A DNA stretch of 64,000 nt from Convolutriloba macropyga (lineage: Eukaryota). The position numbers were made by a program, and so were the translations under genes. Each line of letters begins with the position of its first letter. The first letter of the stretch is position 1. The stretch spans positions 74,524,001 through 74,588,000 of the forward strand of contig NC_134473.1 in NCBI RefSeq assembly GCF_964194025.1, given 5' to 3'. This document shows, in pieces, positions 34,199 through 49,400 of the stretch. The notes under the pieces were generated by a model. It was given only the letters and a program-made list of their open reading frames with translations. It did not search any database and had not been told where the DNA came from.

Positions 34199-37100
34199 AA
34201 AATCTTGGTACCAAAAACTGACTCGTATGATTTTTGGCGTGAAATTGTACAAAAACAAGATAAAATCAGAGAAATGCAGAACTCTTTTTGTTTTTTCAAC
34301 ACCAGAAGATTTGAGCGAAAGAGTGATCATCATAGCTTTGAAAATGAGCAAAGTTAGAGGAAAATGATGACATGAAGAGCGCTATTATTCTGCCAATACG
34401 ATTTGCCACCCGATTAGTTTTCATAGAACATAATTCATAATTTTTTGAGGCCGGTAGGTTTTGCATCTATTGTTGCCTTATTTTCTTAAAACATTCACAA
34501 GAGTTGTAATTGATTTAAACTTCCGATGTTCTACAATTTCAAAATTTGTCATAAGGTCTTTGGTTTTTCGCAATATGACATTTTTGAATCCGTCAAAGGG
34601 TTTTACAAAGGGTTTTTGTTGTGATTGTTTGATTAACTATGAGTGCTAAACGCCCAAATTTTGATGACGTTTTGATGCAATTCAGTCACATTTAAATGGA
34701 AAAAATCAGAGACTTTTTTCCGATTGAAAATAGTTTGAATTTAATTTAACGGCCTGGACGTGGAGATACTTGATGTACCAGTTTTTTTTTCAACTCGTTT
34801 AACAAACAATTTAAAGAGATGAATGCTCAAACTACTAAACATTTACTTTGTTGGTGTAAATTGAGACCTCTATTGTTTCTAAATAAGTACCAGAATACAA
34901 AATCTGCACTCTAAAACTATCGTGTACTGAACAATTTTTAGCGTGAAAAGGTACACATGAAAAAATTCTTAATTGAATGAGATAAGAAATCATACAGATT
35001 TATATGATTTTGTTGGGCTTAATTTCAGGATGTTTCAAGTTACTCAAGCTAAAAAAAATGAGACCCACGCAATTTTGCCCTTTTTTCCCTGAAAACCCAT
35101 ATTTTTTAGGGTCTAGTTTAGGGTGATATTGTATGGATACACGAGAGGATATTTTAGGTTGTATCATAATTGAACCCATTGACACCATATAAGGCTGGCA
35201 AAACATGTTGATATGTTTCAGCCTCATGCAAGAGCAGCAAAGACAGCGACGAAGGAATCCAGGCTAGAAAGAAGGTGGGTGAGATAATTTTGCAATTTTT
35301 TTCTGAAACTTTAATAGCCTCATCAGTTTTATGTATTAATTATCATTTATTATTTTTCTGTTTTCATATGTATGAAATAATAATAATAATAATAATAATA
35401 TTGAATTCAACCAAACATATCTCTTAATAACCTGCTTAGTCCCAGAGATCGTGTGGTGTTGTGTCATTGTGCAGAAATGATTCTTCACCACTACTCCAGA
35501 ATAATAATAAATCAAAAAAAATTATCTTCTGTGGTCAACAATATCACGAGTTAATCACTCATTTACACAACGCATATATTTATTTGACTACAGAGAGATC
35601 ATTATTTGTGTAAAGACCCGTTCGCAAGTGTCAATATGTCAATTTTAGAAGCATGCAGACGTTTAAGTTGTTTTTAAGTGTAGGAAGATTGATTTTTCCG
35701 TCTAAGTTAGACAGAAATGACAAAAGCATTTACGTTTTTGCTTTTGAGTTATCAGTGTGTTTGGTTTTCAAGTGTAAGAAATCGTCGGTAAAAAGTAGTA
35801 AAAAAGTGCATCGTTTGTTTGTTCACGCAGCAGATTAAGCAAATAAGATTCCACATATTAGCTAGAGCTTGTTTACATTTCTTCAGTTCTAAAAATTTAG
35901 CTTTTGCGAAATCAATGATCAAAAATGAATTCAGGACAAATTTTTTTTTTTTGCAATACTGAAGAATCGATGAACACCCGAACGGAAGAGGAGCTAGTTA
36001 AAACAATTATATATCTTTTCAGTTTTTTCGATTTTAAATTTTATCATATCTGCGCGCACAGGTTGTTAGCAAAAACGAATTAGTTTGCTCAAAGTCTCGA
36101 TGTGATTTCTATTTGTTTTTCTTTTCTTTCATTTTCTTTTATGCAACAGGGTTGAATAAGGTTTTTATCCACAGCTTTTTCAGGATAACTGCGTCATTGC
36201 TAGAGAGTTGCGTCATGGCTAGACAGGTTCTATAACCCGCAACATTAGATAGTTTTCTTCAAAATGTTAACTAATTTTGTTCCTAATGTGAGATTACTTT
36301 CTTTAGGTCTAGCAGGCAGTTTATATAGTTTTCAAATAGGTTTCAAACAACATCTGCCCAAAGTTCTTACCAAATTTCTTAGCTTTTCTTTCAAAATTTT
36401 CCCAAAAAACTGTCTGTTTTTGTAATGGCTGCTTCAAAGTCTCCCTTGAACTTAAATTGGATTCATATCCACAATATATAATCAGAAAAAAATTGCCTGT
36501 AATCTTCGATTTATGCACAAGAACATTTTTTTGTTGAAATATAAGTTCATGAATATGCATTTTTTTGTAATTATTCAAAACTTCTGAATAAAAGATATCG
36601 TTCAGCTGTTAGTACATCTACGGATCTTTTTTGTCCATCATATTGAATTGCAACCCAATACATAAATGATTACTTGTCCGGATTCTAATCTTTTGTGTTT
36701 CTCAAAAGAAATCTCGTTCCGTTTCATCAAAAAATTCGAACATTTCCGTCGCTGGAGATGCGCATTCTAGTTTATTCAGCAATAAAAAACAACATTCTGC
36801 CAGGAAAAAGGTTTGTTGAGCATACTGTCACACCACTTTGAACAAAAAACCCCTGCTTTTTTCCCCTTAACTGATTTACTTGGCAGAATTTTTTTTGCAA
36901 TTTCAATTTTTCAAAAGTTCGTCTACTTGCACCTCTGTAAAAATGTATCTTTTAATTTTCAAGTAGCGTTTGTATGCCTGCTATGCATTGGATTTTATTT
37001 CCAAGTTGAGTTATTTTTGCATTTTTGTTCATGAAAGTTTGACATCTCGTTGCGGAAAAACTTGTTGAACAGTGAAAGAGCAAAGCGGTTTAATTGTTCC

Positions 37101-40100
37101 GACCCCACTTGTAAGGGGAGGAACTATATACTCAATTGGGCTTTTTGTTCAGACATTTTTGGCCGATCGATATATTCATCGTAGAGAAATGGGAGTGGTA
37201 TCATTAGAAAGCTCGTCCAGCGTAGAATTTGAAAATAAAAAGATTTTTTGAATTTCGTATTTTTTGAGTATTTATCGAGTTTTAAAGTTTTGCGTGAACA
37301 TGTGATATTTTGTTCACTTTTAGAATGATTTTGTTGAATTTAGCGTATTTTTTGTTCAAATTAAGGTTGTTCTACAAAAATTCTATTTCAGAATTAAAAA
37401 TTATACCCAATGAAAAGAAAATTCCTTTTCAAGGCATCGCTCATGTTTTTTTTGTCTTCGACTCGAGTTTTCAAAATTTTTATTGAAATTTTGATTTTCT
37501 TTTTAAGATTTTACAAATTTTGGGAGTTCTATTGCATAGACCTGCCATATAGAAGTTCAATCATCTTCCTAATGTGCATTAGGTAATCCTATATAGCGCT
37601 TTGAGTGCACAGCAAAGGTCTGTCAAGACTTTAAAAATAATTTTTCAAATTTTTTTTTTGGATTGACTGATATTAAACTAACTTTCATGAATAACAAGTC
37701 AGTCTCAGTAATAACAGGAACCCCCTCCTTTTTACTGCAACCAAAACTAATCTGGTAAGTGGTTTTATCTGCTAACTATTGGTTTTATAACTTCGATAAG
37801 ACTATTTTTTGTAATTTCAAAAAAAATATAATTTTTTTGCACTTTTGTCTCTTTTTAAAATCTTGTCTCAATATCTTCACATTAGCTGTCCCATTGGCTT
37901 AAAAAAACGTCCAAAAGATCATCGATAAAGTCTTAAGAGAAAAGATTATGGTTTAAATAGCTTCAACACTTTCTGTTCAAATTTCTGCTGCAATTTTTTT
38001 GGTTTTTGCATGCGTTTGTCGTTGTTTTCATAACCATAGGACTCATTGTGATTTCTTATTGATAACATATAGATGACAAACATCCCCTTCTCTCCGTCGA
38101 GGCATAAGGATAAGGTAGTGTACTTTTTACTTCCGTCGAAAAATCTTGATTTTAATGGCTTTTAAGTCTTTAAAAATAATTTTTTAGAAATTTTTTCGGA
38201 CATTAACCAATCTTAAATATGTTTCCGTGAATTTTGAGTCAGTCTCAGTAATGACAGAATCTTCATCTTTTCTGCTGCAACTAAAACGAATCTGGCTAGC
38301 AGTTTTATCTTCTAACTGTTGGTTTTATGACTTCAATGCCACGAGTTTCCATAATTTTTTTTTGTCTTTTAGATATTTTTTTTGCAATTTTGGTTCAAAT
38401 TGAAATTTTATCACATTATCTTTATATTGGTAGTGCTCAGTGGCTCAGAAACGGCGTTCAATGGGTCATAGGTAAAGTTCGCAAAATAATGGTTTAAATG
38501 GCTTCTTCACTTTCTTGCACTTTCCTACTGAAATTTTGGTTTTTGCCTGCTTTTCTTGTTTTTTTCATAATCATAAGACCTATTCTGATGTCCTATTGAG
38601 GACATAAGAATGACCAACATCCTTATCTCCTCATTGAAGCTTTACTTTGCGCATTTATTTTTTCCCGTTGAGAGTTATTGACTTTGTTGCCTGCTAAGAC
38701 ATTAAAAATAATCTTTTTTGGACACTAACCATTATCAAACTTCTTGAACTGTAAGTCAGTCACAGTAATGACGGGACCCCCTTCTTTCAAATGCAATTAA
38801 AACAATCTGGTAAGCGGTTTTATCTGCTAACTAACGGTTTTATGACTTCGATGCCACGAGTTTTCAAATTTCAAAAAAAATTCGGATTTTTTTTTGTTAT
38901 TTTGGTTCCTTTTGAAATCTTATCTCTTTATCCTAATATTGATAGTTCGCATTGTCTTATAGAAAACGTCCAATGGATCATAAAAAAAACTTTTCAGAGA
39001 AAAATTTATGATTTAATCACCGGGTTTTCTCAAAATTTTCTTGGTTTTATTATATTTGTTCAAACTTGTTGATTCAAACCTGCTTATAGATAAAATTTTT
39101 AGAGACAAATTTATGGTTTAAATGGCTTGGACACTTTTCTTCTCGCGCATTTATTCTGAATTTTTGGTTTCTGCATGTTTTTGATCTTGTTTTCTTAATC
39201 ATAAGACTTACTGTGATGTTCTGTTGATGACTTATGATTGAAAAATATCCTTGCTTTCTCATTGAGTCATAACTTAGCTTATTTTTTGTCTTCCGTTGAA
39301 AACTATTGAATTTAACGTTGTTGATATAACGGGTTTTCTCAAAATTATTGTGGTTTTATTATATTTCTTCAAACTTGTTGATTTTTTAAAGTCATTCTGT
39401 TAAAAAAGAAGAACCCCATCGCTGCTAAAAATTTACTTGAGATTAGAAAAAATTTCACCAAAAATTTCTTTTTTATTGGCTTCCACACTTCTCTTGCTCA
39501 ATTTTTTTTAATTTGCTAGTTTTGCCTTTTTAATTCTTCTTGTAGTCATAAAATGCTGACTGGTCGCACAGGCTTCTTATTGAGAATTAAACGAATGATG
39601 TTGCTCAATTTTCTCAGTTTATAGCGAATAGTTTTAAAGTATACGATATTGTTCGTTCTTAAAATTTTTTATACTTTTCAATTTTTGTTCTTTTCAATAG
39701 TTTATAATATATTCTCATCATTGAGAGGTTCCGTCCAATTTCTTGTAATTCAAAAACTATTTTTTCATTGATGTCATGTCGTAAATCATGTTTTGATTGT
39801 TGGACAATATGCGTTTTCATAAAATTTTGTGAGTGGTCAATATTTGTGTTTCTTTTTTCTTCTTTTAGCACATTCACTGAAAAATTTTTGTTTTTACTTT
39901 TTTTGTTGTTTTTCTCTCGTAGTTTTTTTATTGGCAGATCTTGTGAGCGCTGTAATGAGGTATGGTATTATGCAATTCAATTACTAGTTTGGTTTTGTAA
40001 CGATTTTTTAAAACTCAAATATCTATTTTTAACTATGTCATCATTAGGTTGACATTTAAGTCAAAAATGTAGATGAGCTCGGGTCGGAACATCATGTGCA

Positions 40101-41109
40101 AACGCACATTAACGAGAATCCTTGTCATCTTTTATGTTTAAACGAAGAAACGATAACAAAATTTCGAATAAACTTCTAAATTTCACACGTTTTTTCACGC
40201 CTGATCGCATCGTACATATAGAGCTCGAATCATGTCTAAAAACTAGAAATTAAGCTGAACACTTTTGGTTAAGGTCATCTTTTTAAACAAAATTAATCCT
40301 CTTGGTTTCAACAACTAATTGGCCAGATTTTTCTATCTCTGTCAACGATCTAAGCAATAAAAGCTTTTAAGCTTTGAAATATGCGAGGTCTTTTCCCAAT
40401 GAACTTTGAAGCTCATGTCTCTGATTTTTTCTTTATTTCATTTGATTTGAACAAAGCAGTTTTTTCCCCACAATCACGTTACTATCACTTAAACTAGCAT
40501 ACGTGAGTTGGGGCTTAAATACTATGTGCCGAAGACAGTAGGGTGGAGGATTTTGTAGGACGGGGGACCGTAAAATAGGGGAGGTTGTGAGATTTTCGTT
40601 GCTGATCAGAATAAACCCTAACTGGCATAGGCTCTTAATAGAGTATAATAGAACATCATCCAACAAATATTCCAAAAAATTAAATTTATAGATATTCATT
40701 TTTACTTAAAAGGAGAAAACTATGTTGCCCATGTTCCCATCAAAACTTTATGTTGACCGTTTTCAGTTGAGACCAATTATGGCAGGAAAACGGGTACGTA
40801 ATAGATTAGAAGCACGCTAGTTGTAGTGCAGTTTTCCTCTCTGTTGCCCGATATCTGATGGTATTTCGCCATTTTAACTCGCCCCAACAAATCTCAAATT
40901 TTTATTATTGTTTGAATTTATAACTTTTATCACCAGTTCTTATAAATACGAATCCTCTAAGAAATAACAAAAAATAATTTGGGAGATATTATGCGATGAA
41001 TTTTCTTTCTATATTATTGCATAAGATGTACGTTAATAGTATGGTAAGTTGTCATATGCTTGTTCGGACCCCCCCCCCCCCTACAAGAACTTTTACCTCT
41101 GAAAACCCT
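34199..41109 (+). repeat. Segmental duplication, copy 1 (about 6.9 kb)
   Basis: Colinear with 43467-50380 at an offset of about 9270; ORF-track peptides repeat identically. Confidence 0.95.
37094..40125 (+). mobile_element. Family A Helentron-like element with three internal ~535-bp subrepeats
   Basis: Family A termini; subrepeats start at about 37626, 38164 and 38696; empty-site paralogues at about 51610 and 53830. Confidence 0.78.
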
Positions 41110-42439
41110 AAGAAACTTTTACCTCTGAACTGTTTCCAAAGAGATGAAACACGTTATTTACAAAAAGAAATAATTAAATAGGTTTACTTATTTTTCCAAA
41201 AAGAGCCCCTGAGACTTGCAAATATCCAGCATATCTCTTACGTCTATAAAAAGAACGTCAAATATGACAAGAATCAAAATTTAAATTATTTTTTTTGTGA
41301 AAAAACTGTGTCGAAGCAAGAAAAAGCATAACGAATTTTTTTTAAAAAATATCGTTTTCGACAAATTCTTCCAAAAACAATATTGTCAAAATTGGCCTGT
41401 TATAACGAGACTTTGCAACAAACAGACAATAAAAGGAACCAAAATTCGAAATTATTGTGTTTTTTTAAATTTTCGGAAAACAATTGTTTTCAATGTCACG
41501 AAAGCCATCAGCTATCTACTAATATTAGAATATCGGCTCATCTATTATTCCATGAAATACCATAATGTGATATATGAACTGTCAATAAAGTGATAATGGG
41601 ACCAAAATTAGAAGACATGAACAATGGGCAAAAAGCTAAAAATTAAAATTGTAAAATCTAGTAGTATCAAAGCCAGAAAACCATAACTTAAGGCGTAAAA
41701 CCTCATTAAAGATTGAATTTGAATTCATTAGAAACAAGAACCATTCTTTTGTTTGTTGACACTAAGCTACAAATTGACAAAGTAAGAAGAAAATGGAGGC
41801 AAATTTCAATAAGCCATTTTTTATTTAAAAATCAAATATTTTTAAAAGTCAAAACAACCATTAGCTTTCAAGTACTTCAAGTAACAAATTAGATACAAAA
41901 ATTTGAAGCTAATTAAGAAGCCAACTGGACCTATCACTAGTAAGCTTTGATTTGAAATGTTCTGTTTTCTAATTAACATAAAAAAGATCAAATTTTTTTT
42001 ATAGGAAAGACCGACTGATTACAATCCAAATTATTTTTGTATTGTAACAGTCCAAGATTGGTCAAAAACTAGCCCTGCTAATATTGTCTGTCAATTCAGA
42101 ACACCTAAATTTTCGAATGTCATAGATAGAGATATTTTGTTAGTTAAAAATCAAAATTAAATGCTGCGTTTTTGATAATCAACGAGTAAAGTTTTAATTA
42201 CAGAGCACTCTCAACGGAAGTTGAAGTAGAAATTGCCTTCTTTTGACTCTACAAATACTGTGTTTATGGTTTTCGGGTGTGCACTTCCTGCAAACTTAAT
42301 CAAAATGGACTGAAGAAACTTATTTTGTGCTGTTTTTGATGAAAAAGTCAGGATTTTGAAATCTTTAGCCAGATCTTTTGACAAAGAAGATAAATAGAAG
42401 TAGCCGACAATATTTTCTGTCCATAAAAATAAAATCAAC

Positions 42440-42748
42440 AAGACTTTCTCAAAAAAATACTAACAAAGTTTAGCAAAATTTGCGAAATTTTTGTGTCAAA
42501 ATTCCGAAAAATGTGAATAAAATCAACGGAATTCACTCTATTTTCTCAAAAGTTTAAACCTCGATAACTCCCTGTAAAAAACGAAAATCAAAATAATCTT
42601 TTTTTTTCCATATTCTACGCTGGACACGCTTTCTATTGATACTATTCTCAACTCTCTACGATGAATATATCGATCGGCCAAAATTGACTGAACAAAAAAA
42701 ACCCATTTGAGTATATAGTTCCTCCGCCCTCAAGAGGGGTCGGAACAT
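42440..42748 (-). mobile_element. 5' part of a family A element
   Basis: Reverse complement of TGTTCCGACCCC..GAGGAACTATATACTC plus about 300 bp of shared interior; no 3' end found, so the left boundary is approximate. Confidence 0.6.
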
Positions 42749-43466
42749 TTGACAACTTTTTAAGAAAAGTTTGAAAAGTTGAGTTCTTGTTAAATAATCA
42801 CTTGCAGTTGGCACTGATTAATTGAGCAGTGAGAGTAACAGTGTCCTTTACTTTGCAAAAAAAAAAGAAATAAACTAATTTGGCTGGAAAAACAAATAAA
42901 AAAAAACAGAATTACTTCCACCAAGCCTTCAGAAAGTGTTGCTTCTACGTTTTTGCTTTATCTTAGAACAAAAATCACTAATTTTTGAACAATGTGCACA
43001 TCGGGTTACCAATTTGGACAAAATTGAAAGTATTTCAAATTTTACTGTCTGCAAAACTGTTCTTTAGGAGAAGATCAACATTTATATTTTTGCGCATAAT
43101 GTCCTCGGCAAATTTTCATAGCCATATTGGCGAATGATGGCAATTCATGACACTTTTATGTTTCCACCTTTTTTAAAAAGGACAGTTGCTTCTTATAGGG
43201 GGGAATTGCAAGGGGGGGGGACATTAACTGAACGTGACTTCAGCCGCTTTATTTTTTGAAGGCTTTACTTAAACCAAAAGTATTGTAACATACAGTATTG
43301 GAAGTCTCTTTAAAGTCTTTGACAGTTTGAAAAACATTTTTAATAGTTTGGGAACAGTTCATTTCGAATTAGTTGCTACTGTGAGCAAATAGCTCCCGTT
43401 TCACAAATGTGGGCTCAAATTGATGCAGGATTGGGATAAATTTAAGTTCAATGACCGTTGTGTTTA

Positions 43467-46400
43467 AAAATCTTAGTACCAAAAACTGGCTCGTATGTTT
43501 TTTGGCATGAAATTGTACAAAAACAAGATAAAATCAGAGAAATGCAGAACTCTTTTTGTTTTTTTTTTCAACACCAGAAAGTTTGAGCGAAAGAGTGATC
43601 ATCATAGCTTTGAAAATGAGCAAAGTTGGAGGAAAATGATGACATAAAGAGTACCATTATTCTGCCAATACGGTTTGGCACCCGATTAGTTTTCATAGAA
43701 CATAATTCATAATTTTTTGAGGCCGGTAGGTTTTGCATCTATTGTTGCCTTATTTTCTTAAAACATTCACAAAAGTTGTAATTGATTTAAACTTCCGATG
43801 TTCTACAATTTCAAAATTTGTCATAAGGTCTTTGGTTTTTCGCTATATGACATTTTTGAATCCGTCAAAGGGTTTTACAAAGGGTTTTTGTTGTGATTGT
43901 TTGATTAACTATGAGTGCTAAAAGCCCAAATTTTGATGAAGTTTTGATGCAATTCAGTCACATTTAAATGGAAAAAATCAGAGACTTTTTTCCGATTGAA
44001 AATAATTTTAACTTAATTTAACGGCCTGATCGTGGATATAATTGGTGTGCCAGTTTTTTTTTCAACTCGTTTAATAAACAATTTAAAAAATGGTTATTCA
44101 AATTACACAAACATTTACTGTGGTAGTGTAAATTGAGACCTATATAGTTTCTAAATAAGTACCAGAATACAAAATCTGCACTCTAAAACTTTCGTCTACT
44201 ACTGAACAATTTTTAGCGTAAAAAAGTACTTATGAAAAAATTCTTAATTGAACGAGACAAGAAGTCATACAGATTTATATGATTTTGTTGGGCTTAATTT
44301 CAGGATGTTTCAAGTTACTCAAGCTAAAAAATGAGACCCACGCAATTTTGCCCTTTTTTCCCTGAAAACCCATGTTTTTTAGGGTCTAGTTTAGGGTGAT
44401 ATTGTATGGATACACGAGAGGATATTTTAGGTTGTATCATAATTGAACCCATTGACACCATATAAGGCTGGCAAAACATGTTGATATGTTTCAGCCTCAT
44501 GCAAGAGCAGCAAAGACAGCGACGAAGGAATCCAGGCTAGAAAGAAGGTGGGTGAGATAATTTTGCAATTTTTTTCTGAAACTTTAATAGCCTCATCAGT
44601 TTTATGTATTAATTATCATTTATTATTTTTCTGTTTTCATATGTATGAAATAATAATAATAATAATAATAATATTGAATTCAACCAAACATATCTCTTAA
44701 TAACCTGCTTAGTCCCAGAGATCGTGTGGTGTTGTGTCATTGTGCAGAAATGATTCTTCACCACTACTCCAGAATAATAATAAATCAAAAAAAATTATCT
44801 TCTGTGGTCAACAATATCACGAGTTAATCACTCATTTACACAACGCATATATTTATTTGACTACAGAGAGATCATTATTTGTGTAAAGACCCGTTCGCAA
44901 GTGTCAATATGTCAATTTTAGAAGCATGCAGACGTTTAAGTTGTTTTTAAGTGTAGGAAGATTGATTTTTCCGTCTAAGTTAGACAGAAATGACAAAAGC
45001 ATTTACGTTTTTGCTTTTGAGTTATCAGTGTGTTTGGTTTTCAAGTGTAAGAAATCGTCGGTAAAAAGTAGTAAAAAAGTGCATCGTTTGTTTGTTCACG
45101 CAGCAGATTAAGCAAATAAGATTCCACATATTAGCTAGAGCTTGTTTACATTTCTTCAGTTCTAAAAATTTAGCTTTTGCGAAATCAATGATCAAAAATG
45201 AATTCAGGACAAATTTTTTTTTTTTTGCAATACTGAAGAATCGATGAACACCCGAACGGAAGAGGAGCTAGTTAAAACAATTATATATCTTTTCAGTTTT
45301 TTCGATTTTAAATTTTATCATATCTGCGCGCACAGGTTGTTAGCAAAAACGAATTAGTTTGCTCAAAGTCTCGATGTGATTTCTATTTGTTTTTCTTTTC
45401 TTTCATTTTCTTTTATGCAACAGGGTTGAATAAGGTTTTTATCCACAGCTTTTTCAGGATAACTGCGTCATTGCTAGAGAGTTGCGTCATGGCTAGACAG
45501 GTTCTATAACCCGCAACATTAGATAGTTTTCTTCAAAATGTTAACTAATTTTGTTCCTAATGTGAGATTACTTTCTTTAGGTCTAGCAGGCAGTTTATAT
45601 AGTTTTCAAATAGGTTTCAAACAACATCTGCCCAAAGTTCTTACCAAATTTCTTAGCTTTTCTTTCAAAATTTTCCCAAAAAACTGTCTGTTTTTGTAAT
45701 GGCTGCTTCAAAGTCTCCCTTGAACTTAAATTGGATTCATATCCACAATATATAATCAGAAAAAAATTGCCTGTAATCTTCGATTTATGCACAAGAACAT
45801 TTTTTTGTTGAAATATAAGTTCATGAATATGCATTTTTTTGTAATTATTCAAAACTTCTGAATAAAAGATATCGTTCAGCTGTTAGTACATCTACGGATC
45901 TTTTTTGTCCATCATATTGAATTGCAACCCAATACATAAATGATTACTTGTCCGGATTCTAATCTTTTGTGTTTCTCAAAAGAAATCTCGTTCCGTTTCA
46001 TCAAAAAATTCGAACATTTCCGTCGCTGGAGATGCGCATTCTAGTTTATTCAGCAATAAAAAACAACATTCTGCCAGGAAAAAGGTTTGTTGAGCATACT
46101 GTCACACCACTTTGAACAAAAAACCCCTGCTTTTTTCCCCTTAACTGATTTACTTGGCAGAATTTTTTTTGCAATTTCAATTTTTCAAAAGTTCGTCTAC
46201 TTGCACCTCTGTAAAAATGTATCTTTTAATTTTCAAGTAGCGTTTGTATGCCTGCTATGCATTGGATTTTATTTCCAAGTTGAGTTATTTTTGCATTTTT
46301 GTTCATGAAAGTTTGACATCTCGTTGCGGAAAAACTTGTTGAACAGTGAAAGAGCAAAGCGGTTTAATTGTTCCGACCCCACTTGTAAGGGGAGGAACTA

Positions 46401-49400
46401 TATACTCAATTGGGCTTTTTGTTCAGACATTTTTGGCCGATCGATATATTCATCGTAGAGAAATGGGAGTGGTATCATTAGAAAGCTCGTCCAGCGTAGA
46501 ATTTGAAAATAAAAAGATTTTTTGAATTTCGTATTTTTTGAGTATTTATCGAGTTTTAAAGTTTTGCGTGAACATGTGATATTTTGTTCACTTTTAGAAT
46601 GATTTTGTTGAATTTAGCGTATTTTTTGTTCAAATTAAGGTTGTTCTACAAAAATTCTATTTCAGAATTAAAAATTATACCCAATGAAAAGAAAATTCCT
46701 TTTCAAGGCATCGCTCATGTTTTTTTTGTCTTCGACTCGAGTTTTCAAAATTTTTATTGAAATTTTGATTTTCTTTTTAAGATTTTACAAATTTTGGGAG
46801 TTCTATTGCATAGACCTGCCATATAGAAGTTCAATCATCTTCCTAATGTGCATTAGGTAATCCTATATAGCGCTTTGAGTGCACAGCAAAGGTCTGTCAA
46901 GACTTTAAAAATAATTTTTCAAATTTTTTTTTTGGATTGACTGATATTAAACTAACTTTCATGAATAACAAGTCAGTCTCAGTAATAACAGGAACCCCCT
47001 CCTTTTTACTGCAACCAAAACTAATCTGGTAAGTGGTTTTATCTGCTAACTATTGGTTTTATAACTTCGATAAGACTATTTTTTGTAATTTCAAAAAAAA
47101 TATAATTTTTTTGCACTTTTGTCTCTTTTTAAAATCTTGTCTCAATATCTTCACATTAGCTGTCCCATTGGCTTAAAAAAACGTCCAAAAGATCATCGAT
47201 AAAGTCTTAAGAGAAAAGATTATGGTTTAAATAGCTTCAACACTTTCTGTTCAAATTTCTGCTGCAATTTTTTTGGTTTTTGCATGCGTTTGTCGTTGTT
47301 TTCATAACCATAGGACTCATTGTGATTTCTTATTGATAACATATAGATGACAAACATCCCCTTCTCTCCGTCGAGGCATAAGGATAAGGTAGTGTACTTT
47401 TTACTTCCGTCGAAAAATCTTGATTTTAATGGCTTTTAAGTCTTTAAAAATAATTTTTTAGAAATTTTTTCGGACATTAACCAATCTTAAATATGTTTCC
47501 GTGAATTTTGAGTCAGTCTCAGTAATGACAGAATCTTCATCTTTTCTGCTGCAACTAAAACGAATCTGGCTAGCAGTTTTATCTTCTAACTGTTGGTTTT
47601 ATGACTTCAATGCCACGAGTTTCCATAATTTTTTTTTGTCTTTCAGATATTTTTTTTGCAATTTTGGTTCAAATTGAAATTTTATCACATTATCTTTATA
47701 TTGGTAGTGCTCAGTGGCTCAGAAACGGCGTTCAATGGGTCATAGGTAAAGTTCGCAAAATAATGGTTTAAATGGCTTCTTCACTTTCTTGCACTTTCCT
47801 ACTGAAATTTTGGTTTTTGCCTGCTTTTCTTGTTTTTTTCATAATCATAAGACCTATTCTGATGTCCTATTGAGGACATAAGAATGACCAACATCCTTAT
47901 CTCCTCATTGAAGCTTTACTTTGCGCATTTATTTTTTCCCGTTGAGAGTTATTGACTTTGTTGCCTGCTAAGACATTAAAAATAATCTTTTTTGGACACT
48001 AACCATTATCAAACTTCTTGAACTGTAAGTCAGTCACAGTAATGACGGGACCCCCTTCTTTCAAATGCAATTAAAACAATCTGGTAAGCGGTTTTATCTG
48101 CTAACTAACGGTTTTATGACTTCGATGCCACGAGTTTTCAAATTTCAAAAAAAATTCGGATTTTTTTTTGTTATTTTGGTTCCTTTTGAAATCTTATCTC
48201 TTTATCCTAATATTGATAGTTCGCATTGTCTTATAGAAAACGTCCAATGGATCATAAAAAAAACTTTTCAGAGAAAAATTTATGATTTAATCACCGGGTT
48301 TTCTCAAAATTTTCTTGGTTTTATTATATTTGTTCAAACTTGTTGATTCAAACCTGCTTATAGATAAAATTTTTAGAGACAAATTTATGGTTTAAATGGC
48401 TTGGACACTTTTCTTCTCGCGCATTTATTCTGAATTTTTGGTTTCTGCATGTTTTTGATCTTGTTTTCTTAATCATAAGACTTACTGTGATGTTCTGTTG
48501 ATGACTTATGATTGAAAAATATCCTTGCTTTCTCATTGAGTCATAACTTAGCTTATTTTTTGTCTTCCGTTGAAAACTATTGAATTTAACGTTGTTGATA
48601 TAACGGGTTTTCTCAAAATTATTGTGGTTTTATTATATTTCTTCAAACTTGTTGATTTTTTAAAGTCATTCTGTTAAAAAAGAAGAACCCCATCGCTGCT
48701 AAAAATTTACTTGAGATTAGAAAAAATTTCACCAAAAATTTCTTTTTTATTGGCTTCCACACTTCTCTTGCTCAATTTTTTTTAATTTGCTAGTTTTGCC
48801 TTTTTAATTCTTCTTGTAGTCATAAAATGCTGACTGGTCGCACAGGCTTCTTATTGAGAATTAAACGAATGATGTTGCTCAATTTTCTCAGTTTATAGCG
48901 AATAGTTTTAAAGTATACGATATTGTTCGTTCTTAAAATTTTTTATACTTTTCAATTTTTGTTCTTTTCAATAGTTTATAATATATTCTCATCATTGAGA
49001 GGTTCCGTCCAATTTCTTGTAATTCAAAAACTATTTTTTCATTGATGTCATGTCGTAAATCATGTTTTGATTGTTGGACAATATGCGTTTTCATAAAATT
49101 TTGTGAGTGGTCAATATTTGTGTTTCTTTTTTCTTCTTTTAGCACATTCACTGAAAAATTTTTGTTTTTACTTTTTTTGTTGTTTTTCTCTCGTAGTTTT
49201 TTTATTGGCAGATCTTGTGAGCGCTGTAATGAGGTATGGTATTATGCAATTCAATTACTAGTTTGGTTTTGTAACGATTTTTTAAAACTCAAATATCTAT
49301 TTTTAACTATGTCATCATTAGGTTGACATTTAAGTCAAAAATGTAGATGAGCTCGGGTCGGAACATCATGTGCAAACGCACATTAACGAGAATCCTTGTC

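Noticed and set aside
33864-34351. ORFs spanning the N-run
   Set aside because: Artefacts of the assembly gap.
35105-35125. TTAGGG telomeric-type motifs
   Set aside because: Only two non-adjacent copies.
35296-35330. Hammerhead ribozyme core (CTGATGAG on the minus strand)
   Set aside because: No convincing stem II followed by GAAA, and no stems I/III.
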